Below, piece after piece: positions 24,362 to 38,355 of a stretch of 64,000 bases of DNA. Source of the stretch: Halocafeteria seosinensis. Its lineage: Eukaryota. Both the position numbers and the translations under genes were made by a program. Each line of letters starts with the position of its first letter. Positions within the stretch are counted from its first letter, which is position 1. The DNA lies in contig LVLI01000228.1 of NCBI GenBank assembly GCA_001687465.1, positions 1 through 64,000 of the forward strand, given 5' to 3'. A model generated the notes under the pieces. That model was not told the DNA's origin and searched no databases. It saw only the letters and a program-made list of their open reading frames with translations.

Positions 24362-26451
24362 CTAGATATCCTTGATCGGTACCGATTCGGCCTTGCTGAC
24401 CAAGCTCTCTGGGTATGTTTTCATCCAACCAGGGTGGAATTCAAGAGCACATGCTGATTGCGAAGCACCCATGCTGCTGCTGATTGTATCATTTTGCGCA
24501 GTTGCATCGTTGGAGGAGCTCGTTCGAAATTCAAAGTTGATACTACGATAACCGGTTGGATCCTGTTTCCGGGCTTCGGCTGTGTGTACATACATATCAT
24601 GGTCGACGGTGACCTTTTCTCCCGGAGTAAGTTCATGGTTCGGCGGGAAATACTCCTCAGTTATTGTATCGTCCTTTGGCCAAGGTGGCCGAGTGGCGAT
24701 CACTCTTGAGCGAACTGATGGTAATTCAGCCTCGGTAAGAGACTCATTCTCCCCCTGATAGCCTGGAAGTTCCACTCTTTCCGGAACAGTATGACCCGAT
24801 TTGGACAGAATATCTCGGCAGTATAGCCACTGCAGAGGCCCTAGCATATGAGTGTATCTCAAGGGCATGGCAAACGCATCCGTGTAATAGTCGTAAGAAC
24901 GGCAAATTTCGTCCAGGCGCTGCAAAAAGCAAATTCGGCAGCGGGACTAGGATCGAACTGTTACCGGTAGTGACTACCCACTGCTTTAACTTACCTCCGA
25001 TAACTTAGGCAGGTTCTTCTCACCTGACCATACTTTCGAAACATATTCTGCCTGACATTCGAAGAATGGTAAAGGATTTACCCTGCAAAGAGTCACAAAG
25101 GGCCAAACTGCAAGCACAAGAGCAACGAACGTACACTGTGGCTTTGTTGAATGCTCACCTCCAGGGTATGCCAACAAATGCTAAAGAAGGCAACATTGCA
25201 TGAAAAAGTTGCAGATATAACGGATGAATCCTCTTGTCCTGGTTGATTAACAATGGCCAGCTTGATCGCGGAGTGGATTGACTCCAATATTCTTTGGCAG
25301 GAATGCAATCAAGAAAAGGAAAATCGTAAGAATAACCCGTGCACCATATTACAGAGTCCACTTGAAGCTGGTTGCCAAAGGAAGTAACGAGCATCCTTGA
25401 ATCGGGATCAACGGCTTTAGGAGGAGAAACAGGCAGTAGTGATCCCGTAGTACAATCCTGTAAGCTCTTTTCTTCTTTTTCGGCATCACATTCTTTTACA
25501 GCGATATACGTACGATCCGCTACTTCGGCTATTTCATGCCCAATGTCTGCCCCGGAGGGACCAGCCCCCACAATGAGGACAGTCTTGCCATGATATGGGC
25601 CAGGAGTTCGGTATTCTGCCGAATGGAGCATTCGACCAGAAAAGAGTTCGTCGTTCGAAAGAGAAGGGACTGTGGGTCTAAAGTAGTGCCCATTGCAGAC
25701 AGCAACGTAGTCAAAGTATTCCCGCTTTTCACCGTTGCTATCAGAGCTCTTCAATTCCCAGGAAATTTCTGAACCACAGATCTCCTCTTTGGAAGAGCGA
25801 TTCCACTGTTTATTGACTTTTTCATAATCTTCAAGTTGGGAATCTTTGATCTCTGCCACCGTCATCGAATGCTGCAGCAGGTCTTGAGCTCTATTCTTTG
25901 ATTCTGTGGGCGTCAGCAACGGTGGGATGATCGGACTCATGCACTCCGAAGAAGCCTTTTCAGACGATGCGTGCTTCTTCTTAGGGACAATGTGATCCAC
26001 TTGGCACTGAAATCGTATCAGTTCATCCAGTTCGAATCGTTGTGCATACGTCCTCAAGTAGGATGCAACTTGCTGATGCGTCACGAAGGACGGATACTTT
26101 GGGTTGAACCCGTGGTCCCGAAGTTCCATAATTTCTTTCGGTAAATTCGTTCGAAGAGATTTATACATCACAGAACCGTCCCGGATATCATCTGCAGCAA
26201 TGAAAAAGCAAGTTAAATGAATACCAGAAGGCGAGGTGACACCGGTTGCAACAGGAGAGAAACTCCCAGAGAGTTTCGGCTCATCATTTCTCACCTGTAT
26301 AATTCCAGAGGCCACCCAGTTTATTGGACCGTTCGAACACTGTGACGTCAAAGCCCACATCCTTCAGATATCGTGCTGTGACTAATCCTGCGGCTCCAGC
26401 GCCCACAATGGCCGCTCGGGGACGACCCGAGCCTGTCGCAACGCGATGCAT
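24362..26451 (-). CDS. Flavin-containing monooxygenase (FMO GS-OX-like), multi-exon
   Basis: GAGAAG FAD-binding motif, FERSNKLGGLW, MYKSLRTNLP, VCNGHY, HSAEYR, GAGPSGADI and WCTGY. Confidence 0.92.
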
Positions 26452-26787
26452 TCTGTTCTCTTGTTCCACTGGCGCCAGGAAGGGTGGGAGGGGAAGCTAC
26501 TGGATCACCTTAAAGTGGTTGTACCGTTTGAAATCATTCAAAGGGCATTAAAAAGAGGCGAATGTGGAAGGCAATGGTTTCGCGGTCGCAAGTATCCTTG
26601 TACTGCCTCATTCAATCACTACAATCAGTTAAACAAAACATGCATACAATATAATAAATAAAATCTATCTATGTAATGTAATGTAAACCAAAACAAACCA
26701 AGGGAGAACACACAGTAAAATAAAATGAATAGTCGGGTGTGAACGAAAAGATTGACAGGTTAAGAATCCATTCACCGCCGCTTGTGT

Positions 26788-29160
26788 ATGCCATGCTGGG
26801 TGATGAAAGGTTCAGTGTGTATGATAAATAAACATTCAAATGGTTCCCAATCTTGTTTGATTGGTGTGCTGACAGTGCTTGGATCCGCCGCAAGCAGGAG
26901 AATGCAGGAGGCTCGGAGCTATGTGAGACGCCATTGCCTCCAGAATGATGATTGTACACTTTCCACCTTGTATAGAGGGTGTTTGCTCTCTCTGTCGGCC
27001 TTGAGTAAGCTGTCATTGGGCGGCCCTCGTAAGGGGAAAACAGCGCCATTGTCACCGAAATGGGAGCTGAAGCAGGAGGACGTACAGGGACTTGTGGGCC
27101 ATTTAGGCGTATTATACAGCCTTTCAGAGGATTCCAGTCCTTATACCGTGCCCCAGCGTCTTCTACATGTTTGTAACAAGGCATATGGAGGACAGGATAG
27201 CGGGATCCTGAAAGCGACCTTGGACTTGATCTGGCGGCTGATTCTCCGAGTGCTCCAATCACGAAAGAAAGTGGCTCAAGACGATACAATGCTCTGGGAG
27301 GAGATTCTCTCACTATGTACCACTTGGCTCTCCCATTGTAATGCACGGGTGCGGAAACGGGCTAGCGAAATTATTGGTCAGTGGATGCGGCTGTGCCCCA
27401 AGCAGTTAGTGTACCGGGTAAGTGGTCTTAAGTAGAGTATCGGATAGTTTCACCCTGTTTACGTTGCCATGTGTGAGCAGGGTCTTGAGCATTTGGTGGA
27501 TTCTCTTTCTGTTGACTCGGCAACGGCTGTACGCAAAGAGGTGGTGATCCAAAGCATACAATTATGTACAACTCGGCAACTCACCAAAACCGACTCAGAA
27601 ATAGTGCTTGTTGCGCTAAAACTGGCAATGCTCGATCACTCTATAAATATAAGAAAATTGGCACCCCTGCTTCTTACACAATGCTGGAATGCAGTACCTA
27701 TCAAAGAAATGTGCGCGTTGTTTGCAAGAAAATACAATCTCGCTGACATTAAGTATTTGTTGGACCGAGATACCTCGGGAGAACTTGGCACGAAGCAGCT
27801 TGACGGCTCAACCAGAGAGATAGTCTGTTGGGCACCGCAATATTGCACCCATTGTTTAGTCGACGGAATCCTGGATGAAGCCTCGGAGATCAGAGAGTAC
27901 ATTCTAAAGTCGTTTCTGGATTTTTCTTTTAGTACGCACTTACCCCCTTGGTTTCTACGCACCATGGTGTCGCTTTTGGTATGCGCCTCGGACGACAGAA
28001 TGCTAAAATTGCGGCAGTTGTCTCTTCTTAGTCTGGAAAATTGTTGTATGAACAACCCGGTTATGCGTGTCGAAGCGGGCCAAAAATTTGCAGATAAATT
28101 GCTGTCGACGCGAGATCAAACACATGGTTGCTTGAGATGGATAAGCAACGACAGCGGGCAGCAGACTCTAGGACACACGCTCCGGGATAGCTTTCGATTT
28201 CTTTGCAGCGAAGAGCTGATCGATTTATCTTCAACAACAGTGCTATATGGAGATATTCGAAAGCTATTCGATAACTGTCAACACCTCTTGTATCAGATTA
28301 ACTCGGTGGTAATGCAAAGCCAATCCCAAAGAACGCTTCAGGACACGCTTGTTCAGATCCTCTTTGATAAGCAAGAACACCTTTGGACCTCACTGCGTAT
28401 CTCCCGTTTCCTTCTAGCCTTAGGTGATTACTTTGCATTCGAAGAGCTGAATAGTTTGGTTATGTTGTACTGTGCTGTTTTCCTCTTATGGGACTCACCG
28501 GAACTCAGCTCGTCTGTTGGTTCGGCGTTGAACTCCTGTTTTCCACAGTTGGAGCTTCCTTTGAAACATCCAGAAGATGAAAATGATTCTTCAAAATTAA
28601 TGGAGCTGATAATACAGAAGATTTTGGATGCAGTAGTCTCCACTTTGCAACGGGCCCAGTACTATCTTCCGTTTTGTCCAGTGTTGCCTCAGCGAAGTTG
28701 TCATCGAGCCCAAAGGCACGAAGAGTTTGTCGTTCCAGCAACATCGCCCAAGGATCAATATTCGGCAGTACAGCGAAGTGTTATCCATGGAAATGCTGTA
28801 CCCACTTCCTCCATGGAGCGATACCGAATCTGCTCTCTTGAGCTCCTGAGCATGTCTAGAAGCGCCTCGGCCGAATCAAGGGTGGCGATAGACTGCGTAA
28901 ACCTGGGCGTAACTGATCATCAGGCGTCACGCATTCAGGGAATTTTGTGCTCTTTTTCCTGCTCCGGCAAGATTTCTCAGTGGTGTTGTCCTGTGTACCT
29001 GTTGCAGAAGTCAAACAGTTCTGTGGGAGTTTCCTTACTTGGTAGTACCATGGGGAATGACGGGGACTCAATGCTTGCCGAAATGGAACTCGCTGTCCTG
29101 GGAAACCCTTACATCGTTGCTTTGGAGGAACCCTCTGTCAATTACTTCTCTTCACGATGA
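26788..29160 (+). CDS. HEAT/ARM-repeat protein, possibly Integrator subunit 4-like; may extend to about 29.6-29.9 kb
   Basis: HEAT-like motifs D...AVRKE, LDHSINIR, LVDGILDEASEIRE and SDDRMLKLRQ. Probable intron at about 27418-27480. Start and end are uncertain. Confidence 0.55.
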
Positions 29161-30038
29161 CACGTTGAATAAATTGCTTGCCCCGGGTATTGTAAGGCAG
29201 TGCAGAAGTGGTGGATGGATGCTAAAGTTTATTTGCTGGCCGGTCAGCTATCTCCCCTTTTTTGAAAGCCAAGCCTTCCATTACAGTGTGGTATTGCCCT
29301 TTCCACGGCATTAAATATGCAGTGAGTCAGCAATGACGCATGGTCACGCACCGCACTTCACCAGCAACTGGCAGCACGCCCGGGCTCCGGAGTCTCTCGT
29401 TGCTTTGGCCCGGGCCAGACCGGGAGTCCGGGACCAAACACCGGCTTTTCACCGCCAGTGCCCCTTCCTTGTTGAAGGGTAGCAGCCACTCACAGCTCCT
29501 GGAAGTGCGTGGCTTGTCCCAGGCGAAGCAGATTCTTGGATTCCACATGAGTCACTACACCAAAGCAATTGCACGGTAGTTCGCGAATTCTTGCACATCA
29601 ACATTTATCAAATAAGCGTTGGTGTCAGTCAACTGCCCCCTTCAACACCGGAGACAAACGGCTTGGAGGACAATTTGTATCTGCATCTTTGAAGACTTCG
29701 GGCTCCCATATCGAACCGATTCTGGAATTCACTACAGTCTCTTCGACGTCGAGCGTTGCAGCAGCTATAAATACCGGCGTTCCACGGGCCCATTAGCAGC
29801 ATACAGAGGCCGTATAATCGCTCTTGTGCCGGACAGGTTTTTTCCCGGGGAAGCTTTTAATTGCAGAGGTTCAACTTACGCTGTGTAGCAGGCCGTTGGG
29901 GGCCGTCAGAAAACGCGACCACACAACTTCAACGTATTGCCCGGACCTTTTTGCTCCCCTCAGGCCCCCCTGTGCCCAGACCCCTGAAACGGAAAACGGA
30001 CAAATTTTAGCCGTCTCTAGAACTACGGCTTTGAAAAC

Positions 30039-33000
30039 ATGACAAGTCTGGTGCAGGCACATAGTGCCACGTCTACAACAAATGAAGAACGTGGACATGC
30101 CGCGAGCAGCTTCAGCTTTCTTGCTCCAGGGAAATCTTCCCGAGTTCTCATGTTTATTCGAGGAATCATTTCCGCACTGTTGGCTTCGCTTTGGAATCTC
30201 CAGTTTTCTTCCTCCAGTAACGAAGCGTTGACCGGAGCGATGGTCGGAGTCTATGCTTCGTGGATCGTCGAACATACTTTAGGCATGACTCTTCGTCGTG
30301 CGTACCTCGGCTCCCTTGGGGCGGTGGCCAGCGGATTCACGGCTTGGATCTCAATGCACAGTTGCGGAACGGATCCTATTTGCATAACCAGCTCGATCAT
30401 CATAATCTCCCTCTTAGCAGCGTTACTCCCTGTGAATGGCTCGATCCAAAATATTTGGATTGCTTTTCACGCCGGAACTTTGACAGCCACGCTCTTTGAA
30501 GGCGCCAACACTTCTCCCGCCGTTGCATGGGCCCCAACTGGGGCTTCCTTAGTTGGAGCGGTCTGCGCCATCGTTGCTGCCATGATACCGTTTCCGCACT
30601 GGAGTATTTCGGAGGTGCGAGAACGTCTGCAGATTGTTTCCCAAATGTATGAAGCTTTGCAAAAAATGACGAGTGGGGCTTTCACCAGAGAAATGCTCAG
30701 ACCCGATGGTGGAGAACAACCCGGAGCACAAAATGCTCGGCATCATACAACGGACGAAGTAGGGATTTTCTCTCAAGCATCGAAGACCCAGCAGGTGCAG
30801 ACTAACATCGCCGTGAAGCCAGCCAAGCAGCCTCTTATGGGGATGGGTTCTCTTTCGTCAGCACTGTCGTGGCAAGAACGGAGCCCCTTGATTCATGCCA
30901 GTATTGATTTTGTCGGATCCATGTTGGATACTAACATGGAACGAATATCCTGGGAGCTTAATACCGGCTCCCCTTGGGAGGGCCCGGGCGTAATGCGCCG
31001 GTTCCATCAGCTTGCTCGTACAGTCCTTCCACGGCTCGGCGAATCGTTACGCAATACTTTTGGCGAATGCCGGAAACGTACTCTGCTATGCCATAATGAT
31101 CGGAGTACCGCCTCTATGGATAAAGAGAGCACGAATGCGTCTAGCCAGCAGCTGCAAGGTAAAGACGATGCAGTTACCAGTGATGATTTCAGCACGTTAA
31201 TCCACTCCGAAAGTCTGTTAGACCAGGAAAGGTTGAAGCTTGAAGAGCGGTCGATAACTGCTTACAGAGACGGATACCGAAGCGGAGATGGCCGACGAAG
31301 CATCCTTGAAACATTGCGGTCCTGGCATGAGACCTTAGCAAGACTGCGTCAGATGGTATTGCTGATGGGTGAAGCGCAGAAAGAGACTGGTGCGTTGATG
31401 ACGCGTTAGCGTTGATTGGTTCCGCATGGTGCGTGATTCCCTGTTTGCTCTTTCCTGCAGATTTCGTGGCTTCGTTACGAGAAAATGCAACTTCGTCCTT
31501 ATACGACCCACTTGTGCGGACTATTGATTGCTCTGTAGCATTGCTACAACAAAGTCTGCAGGTTTCGCTTGAGGACATCCGCTGGCGCGGTGGTGAAACA
31601 TATCTGGGCTCTATATTTGGCATTGGAGGTTTCATTCCCTTCTCTGTTTCTCCAGAATTGGACAAGGAATTGCGTTCTGCTCAAGATCCGGAGGCTTTAG
31701 CCAACGAGCTATCATACGACGGCCGACTTCCTTCCTACACTAAGGATGAAAACGGCGTGCTTATACCAGCTGTTCATAAGCCAGGTACTTCTTCCAAGCG
31801 AAAACTATTGTACAACTTAAGGAGCCTGTTACTCAAGCAGCTGAGGAACCTCACCAGATCCTATGGGCGGGCTAGGGTAAAGGTACTGTATTCAGACCAC
31901 TCTGATGAAGCCTTTCGCCCGGTTCCCATGATTCAGCGACAATTTAAGCTGCACCCTCCGCCTATGGGAACTATCGAGGACGAAACTCCTGATGAGGCTG
32001 AAGAAAAAAACGAAGAGGACGAAATATCCAAAGGAGACAACGAGTCTGTGTCAGATTCCTCTACAGGAACGCAGACCTCGTTTTCGCGTCATTCGGAAAC
32101 GGAAGATCCAGAAAACAACACAATCGAGGATGCAGCCTCTTTCAGCGTTGCTATTGCACCCATTAATACAGTCTTGTTTTGTGTGTTCAGAATGGCCTGG
32201 ATGATCATAGAGTCCTCTGATGATTTGTGCGGTCTGAAGCATTGTACCAACGAGAGCGAAGAAGGCTACGGCGAAGATCGTCATGCAGCAGCGACAGATT
32301 CGCTTAACGTTAATCTCTCCACGGAGGAGCGTCAAAATGTCCTGCAAGAACAGGAGAAGAAGCGCCAATGCCTACTTCGCAAGAAGAAGCCGTTGGTAAA
32401 TAGTCAGAGTGCTCCCATGCCAGTACCGGCGGAGTACCAGAGCAAGAAGGGCTCGCAGCACCTCAGTTCCGTTTCAGCAGACAACGCAAATGTCAAGAAA
32501 GACGACCACAGTGCTTCCGGGGCACAAGGCGTGGGAGAAAAATGCGTTTGTTCAGCCGCGTTGCGACAGCGTTGGGTACATGTCCAAGCGCTTGTTCAGG
32601 AGAAGCTCGCAAGAGTGGAAATCAGGCGTGCAGCGCAGCTAACTGTTGCGGTTCTAGCCGCTACCCTGATGACACTGGTACCAGCACTCCGCCAGCGGCT
32701 TCAGTATGCCGTAAGTACTTTGAAATTCAATGCAAGTTTATTATCGGTTGTATACCAGCACGGATCTTGAAATATGCTGCAGTACTGGGTGCCGGTTTCG
32801 GTAGGGTTTATTGCCGGTACGTCGGCCGGCAGCAATGTTCGCGAAGGTGAGTGGAACCTGCAAACCGCGCACATCCTTATTTGATATTGACGTTTTACCA
32901 TTTAACGTAATGTGATATGTGGGTACAGGCTTAGTTACTTTAGTTGGAACCGCTCTCGGGAGTATTTTCGGGTATATATCACTTGTTATAGGTGGTTCTC

Positions 33001-34976
33001 GTGGCTGGGTAGTTGGGTCACTTTTTAGTCTGTTCAACGCATTGTGCAAGTACGGTGCGGCGGATACATTTTCCATTTACAGAAGGATATTCCAGATTGC
33101 CGCATACACTGCTCCAATTATAATGTTTGGTGCCGACGACGCTGGTACCAACAAATCTGCCTCGGAGCTCTCCGCCCTGGTGCAAGCGGCTGCCTTGGAA
33201 AGAATGGTACATACCGTAGTCGGTATTCTTCTCCTCTTCGTCGTTGGACAGTGTATCCTGCCTATTCGAGCACAAGACCAACTTCATAGCTATTCTCTGG
33301 AAATTATGGAGTCCTTGAACCGCATGTTAACACACAGTCTCCATTCGTATATTGTGGTAGTCTACGGTGCCGCAGAGCAAAATGTATCCTACGGAGTTAC
33401 GTTTCCCTCTACATCGAATGTCGGCGCCGTTCAAACGGACACCGGTCTGCAGTCCGACCAGCAAGCACACCATGGAGAGGCTTCGACTTTCAAGGCTCCC
33501 TCTATTGCAGCGTCTACGGTCCAGAATCTGACCGCCGTGAAAAACATGTTAGATGTCAGTCGATACATTAGTCACTTTAGAGAGCATTGCTTCGTTAGTT
33601 TCGTAGAGGCTACGCGTATAGAGGTGGACCCCGCGTACGAGTTGGAGGCCAAACTGGAGGCTCTGAAGGGTACTATTCCTGAGGCATCCGTAGAGCCGAC
33701 TTCATGGTACCGTCCGAACGAAGAAACGCATGATTTACATGAATCATTTGCGAAGTCAATTGAAGAGTGTGTCCGCGCTATTACCGTCGTAAACCAATCT
33801 CGCTTTTCCCTGATCAGAAACCACTCTTTCCAAGTACAGAAATTGGCGAATAGAGAATATAGCAAGTCACGGGATCAAGTAGGCAATGACGGACCACCTA
33901 CTGAAGCGGATGTTTTGTCGGGGCTGCACTTGCTTTTACCTTTTCTCCCGCAGATTCACCGCCTGCAATTGTCGATAACGGAAACAGTTCAAAACATTTT
34001 GGCGGTGTTACATCTGATTAGCAATCTTGAGCAGGGTAACGGAGACTACACGAAAGAGGAAACGATGCAGAAAGCATTTCAGCACAACCAGCTTGCGCAA
34101 CAAATTCGCGAAACCGGGAAGGCGTGCGAGGCCTTTGATGGGAATGAGGCTGGAGACAACACGGGGGCGCAAAAAAGGAGTGCGAACAACTTCGAGTCGA
34201 GGCGGTCGCTGTTTGTAGATATCTCATCTGTTGAGCCGAATATTACGGAGGAGCGTAAATCCGAAGTCGAATACGCAAAAAGGGTCCTATGGGCTCTGGA
34301 ACGAAGCTCTGACTCTGTGTCTGAATGCCTGCACAGTTTTCAGAAGCTGTTATCCCAATTCACGGAAGCCCGTATAAAAGAGACTAAAGAGGCACGACTT
34401 AGCCATGAGATTGCGGAGCAGGAAGAGGAAAAAGAGGCTGGAGGTGGCCATCAGAAGGCTGGGACAGACATCCCGTGGTCCTCAGATCAGAAAACGATTT
34501 CGAGTGTTCATTCTGCCGGTTCTTCTCCGATGCGACGGGCCGTTAGCAAACTACGCCTTCCATCGGCGACGCAAACCTGCGATACATCAGCGTTCGAAGC
34601 GGACTGTAGCGACCTTCCACCCGATCGGCAGCGAGAGGAGCGAAACTGTCAAGGCTATGATCTTGGAGCCGGACGTGGTCCTTCTGCCTTCAGCAACGTA
34701 CTTGTGCTGAACATTAACTCGGTTGCGTTTGGTCTTCAACGCTTAAGTGGCTCGCTATCGGGGCTTTCCAGCATCGCAGCGAAAATGTATTACTCTCGTT
34801 TGCTTTGTTCGACCTTTCTCAGCCAAAAGCCTACAAACGTATCGACGGAACTGCTCAGGGGAATGCCTTGGAGAATCTCTTCTCAGAACAAGACTGAATT
34901 TGCTGAAGGAGCACAGCCGAGCACTTACACTAGCAACGCGGATGAACAGAACTCTCCACGCGTGCCCCCGTGCTAA
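30039..34976 (+). CDS. Large FUSC/ALMT (aromatic-acid-exporter)-like membrane protein with two TM clusters, multi-exon
   Basis: TM cluster 1 (TLGMTLRRAYLGSLGA...PFP) and cluster 2 (GTALGSIFG, ERMVHTVVGI, ILPIRAQDQL), each followed by helical soluble regions. Introns at about 31390-31460, 32711-32782 and 32847-32928. Confidence 0.7.
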
Positions 34977-35962
34977 TGCATACTGATTGGCTGGTATCAA
35001 CCAGAAGTCGAGGCACTAAGAGAGGGCACTCTGGGGTACTGCAGGTATATACTTTCCGAATAAGAAATGCAATAGGATATCAGTCTGTCTGATGCCTGCA
35101 TGACCAAAATACGACAAACTCGAGAGAAGCGCTTGTCGTATGTATACTTCCTGGTACCGTAGAGCAGTCCCAGGAAATCAATTCCCCTGTAGAGACCATG
35201 CCACAGCAGACAATGCCACAACATCTCGTCCCTCCTTTCGCAAAACTAATAGACTGAAGAGTGCTTATTAATTGACACATCATTTCGGCTGAACGTACGT
35301 TCACCGCTTCTATTCCCGCTCCAGGGAATTTAGCCGCCCAGGAACAGTCGAGCTCCAAGCTAACCATACCTGCCCCTCCTTGGCTGTGCTTGTTCGAGTA
35401 CCGTCACTGTATGAACCTTCCGTATGTGGCAGTCCGTGGTGGGACTACCGTGGCAACGGTACCGCGTACAGTATCTACCCGAGCGGCAGGGAAAGAAAAC
35501 AACGACCCCTGAGGCAGCAACGTAGAAGAAGAAGTTCCAGACTCTCCTCGTGGTGGTAAGTCAGCTCGACCACAGCATGCATCTTACGTGGGAACCTTTT
35601 AATGGTTCTTCAGCATGCAGTGGTACCGATGAGAAGGAGTATACTCAATGAGCATGCGGTACAGATAGTAAAAAGGACCTTTGGCGCTATACAAAGTTAT
35701 GTGGACGAACGCAGGTGAAAGATGCCAGATTTATAGACAAACTGGATGGAATATGCAAGAAGAGGTGGATTATACATCATCGTCTCCAGAGCTATGGCAT
35801 ACTGGGTTCCTGAAGGTGTACTCCAAGACTCAGTGGGAACTACGGACGCCTGGAAAGCGACAAACACCAACAGAAACGATTCCCTGTTGTCCAACTTCAT
35901 GGACATGCTGTACATATGACGGAAGGATGCCTCTTAATCCAGCGTTCGAAGGAATCTCCTTT

Positions 35963-37648
35963 ATGCGAATTGTTTGGCGAGTCCTTACAGCTTCCTTCCT
36001 GATTGCGCAGATTGTCTCTGCGAAACGCAGCAATGGGACTTGCGGCAAAGAATTGGGGTATAATTCTAACACTCATACCCATATCAACGCCAAAAGGCCT
36101 TCGTGCTATGGACGCATCCCCTCCAAGAGATCACTTTGGTTTACCGCTGTCGTTGTTCTCCTCGCGAGTGTACCTCTACTGCCAGCATGGGCTGCGGACC
36201 TGAGAGGCAGTATCATGGATGGAAACGAGCCATGCTTCTATTTTATTCCTGAGCACAGTGTGTTTCGATTGAACTGCAGCACACTAGAATGGAGATTACA
36301 TGGATATGAGAATAGCACCCATATTACTCTTGATGTTACAGAGATATTCGAAGGAGGAGGCAATACCATTGACCTCACTGACATTAACAATTTCGAAGGC
36401 TTGTTTGCAATCAGCGAGAATGTCGCCTCATTCGATAAAGCTCCAGTGATTCGGAATGTTCATATGCGAAACGGAAGAACTGCCGAACAAGGTGGGTTCA
36501 TCGTTCGAAGTCATCAAGGATATTTCATTGTCGATTCGTGTAGCTCATCTGGCATAATCAACTCGCACGGTGGGGGAATATGCGGTTACCGGTGTGGACG
36601 TGATGATGGTGATGAAATCCAGATTACGCAGTCCTATTCCACCGGAGTAATTGAAGGAAATTGGGCAGGTGGCATCACGGGACGCGGAGTAGGATACAAC
36701 GGAGGCACAGTCCGTATAGCTTGGTGCTTTTCCACAGGGAACATTGAAGGAGAATGGGCTGGTGGTATCTGTGGGGATAGCGCCGCTGATACAAAAGGCC
36801 AGTTGTCTATCACTCATTCGTATTCAACAGGAAACATGGTTGGAAGCTATAGTGGCGGTATTGTGGGTGGGCGTGCGGGCTTGAAATCAGGCCTAGTGAG
36901 TATCCGTGAATGCTATACGACCGGGCAAATTGTTGCAGATTTTAGTGGTGGAATTGCTGGCGGACGAACAGCAGGCAGGGGAGAAGTTTACGTTGCAGAT
37001 TGCTATTCGACAGGTGATATTCGCGGTATGCACTCGGGAGGCATTGCAGGAGGCATGACAGGAGTAACAGGCAACTTACGCATTACTAATGTGTACGCTT
37101 CGGGTAGCATTAATTCTGCAGCTTATGCTGCTGGAATCGTAGGGAGTGTAATCTCAGAAGTAAGCAAAGACGGTGGAATTCAAATTGAGTATTCTGTCTA
37201 CAATGCCAATGACAGTGGTGATAAAGCTGCAATGGTGGGGAACGCTGGGCAAATCATAAACACTGTAAATTCCACTGGAACTTCTGGAGACATTAATGAT
37301 ATCCGAGGTAAACTATACGAACTAGCTGGAATGGGTGTATGGGATGCTTCTATATGGACTTTGAATGGTAGTGCTGCTTTGCCACTCCTGTGCTTTCAAC
37401 TGCCTTTTGCCTGTCCCACCACCATATCTAAAGGAACTCCGTCCCCATTGGCTTCTGCGTCCATGAGCCCTAGCCTATCGCCGGTCAACACTCCTCTGTC
37501 TATCCCTTCACCTATAGTTGGGGATTCTTCGCCGTTGCCAGATCCTCCGCATCCGTCAAAGGCTTCACATAGGACAGTTTCACTCCGAAGCGGTAGACAC
37601 ATCGTCAAGTTGCCTCTCACACAAGTGCTATGCGACGGGACGAAATAG
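35963..37648 (+). CDS. Secreted GLUG-motif repeat protein with S/P-rich tail, intronless; start uncertain
   Basis: Repeated I..(C/S)YSTG.I.G..(A/S)GGI.G units and a hydrophobic signal-like segment. Paralogous to 48113-49858. Confidence 0.8.
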   Translation: MRIVWRVLTASFLIAQIVSAKRSNGTCGKELGYNSNTHTHINAKRPSCYGRIPSKRSLWFTAVVVLLASVPLLPAWAADLRGSIMDGNEPCFYFIPEHSVFRLNCSTLEWRLHGYENSTHITLDVTEIFEGGGNTIDLTDINNFEGLFAISENVASFDKAPVIRNVHMRNGRTAEQGGFIVRSHQGYFIVDSCSSSGIINSHGGGICGYRCGRDDGDEIQITQSYSTGVIEGNWAGGITGRGVGYNGGTVRIAWCFSTGNIEGEWAGGICGDSAADTKGQLSITHSYSTGNMVGSYSGGIVGGRAGLKSGLVSIRECYTTGQIVADFSGGIAGGRTAGRGEVYVADCYSTGDIRGMHSGGIAGGMTGVTGNLRITNVYASGSINSAAYAAGIVGSVISEVSKDGGIQIEYSVYNANDSGDKAAMVGNAGQIINTVNSTGTSGDINDIRGKLYELAGMGVWDASIWTLNGSAALPLLCFQLPFACPTTISKGTPSPLASASMSPSLSPVNTPLSIPSPIVGDSSPLPDPPHPSKASHRTVSLRSGRHIVKLPLTQVLCDGTK

Positions 37649-37787
37649 AAACCATGCCGGTGGCTTCATGCAATGTTTACTTCCTTCCTCTGGCACGCTA
37701 GTTCTCCAACGTCGCCACGGGATGCGAGATTCTGAGTACAGTGGAACCTCCTGCATGCGTCTTTAAGCGTATCAACAACCCACTTAC

Positions 37788-37790
<3 letters not shown>

Positions 37791-37819
<29 letters not shown>
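37791..37819. repeat. (AG)14 microsatellite
   Basis: Direct reading of the sequence. Confidence 0.95.
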
Positions 37820-37821
<2 letters not shown>

Positions 37822-38355
37822 CATTGCCTCGCATTCAATGCACAGTGGAGAATTACTCTGTATGGTCATGTCGCTGCTCGTGGACACCACATCGATCGAT
37901 CCCCATTTATCCCCGCGGAGAATGTGACGTTGTTACATACACTGCATGCACATGCGTGAATAGTTTAGTATGGGACAACTTTCCATACGCCGGTGCGGTG
38001 CACATGAAAGTTGGAGGGAGGAAGTTCCAACATGCACAGCACAGGCAAAGGGAAATTCGGAGTGACACGGACCGCCACACGGTGCAGCAAATGATGATCC
38101 TGTCGTTGCCTACCACCCCCACTGTTGCGTAGTACATTGACACAGATTTCCAACTACTCCTGCTGGAATCCGTGTCCATGGCCGTCCGAACGGGAAGCAA
38201 AGAACAATAGAACACTTGCTTGCTTGCTGGAATTCCCCTTCTGATCACACACACCCACACACAAAAAAAAAGACCCTAACCCGGTGGTACCGTAGTTTAA
38301 TTATTTGTAATGTTATTCGTGATTCCCAGGATAGTGTACTAGCAGCAAGTCGAAA

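Noticed and set aside
35681..35962. N-terminal 94 codons of the 655-aa ORF
   Set aside because: They begin at a non-ATG codon, precede the signal-like segments and have no counterpart in the paralogue.
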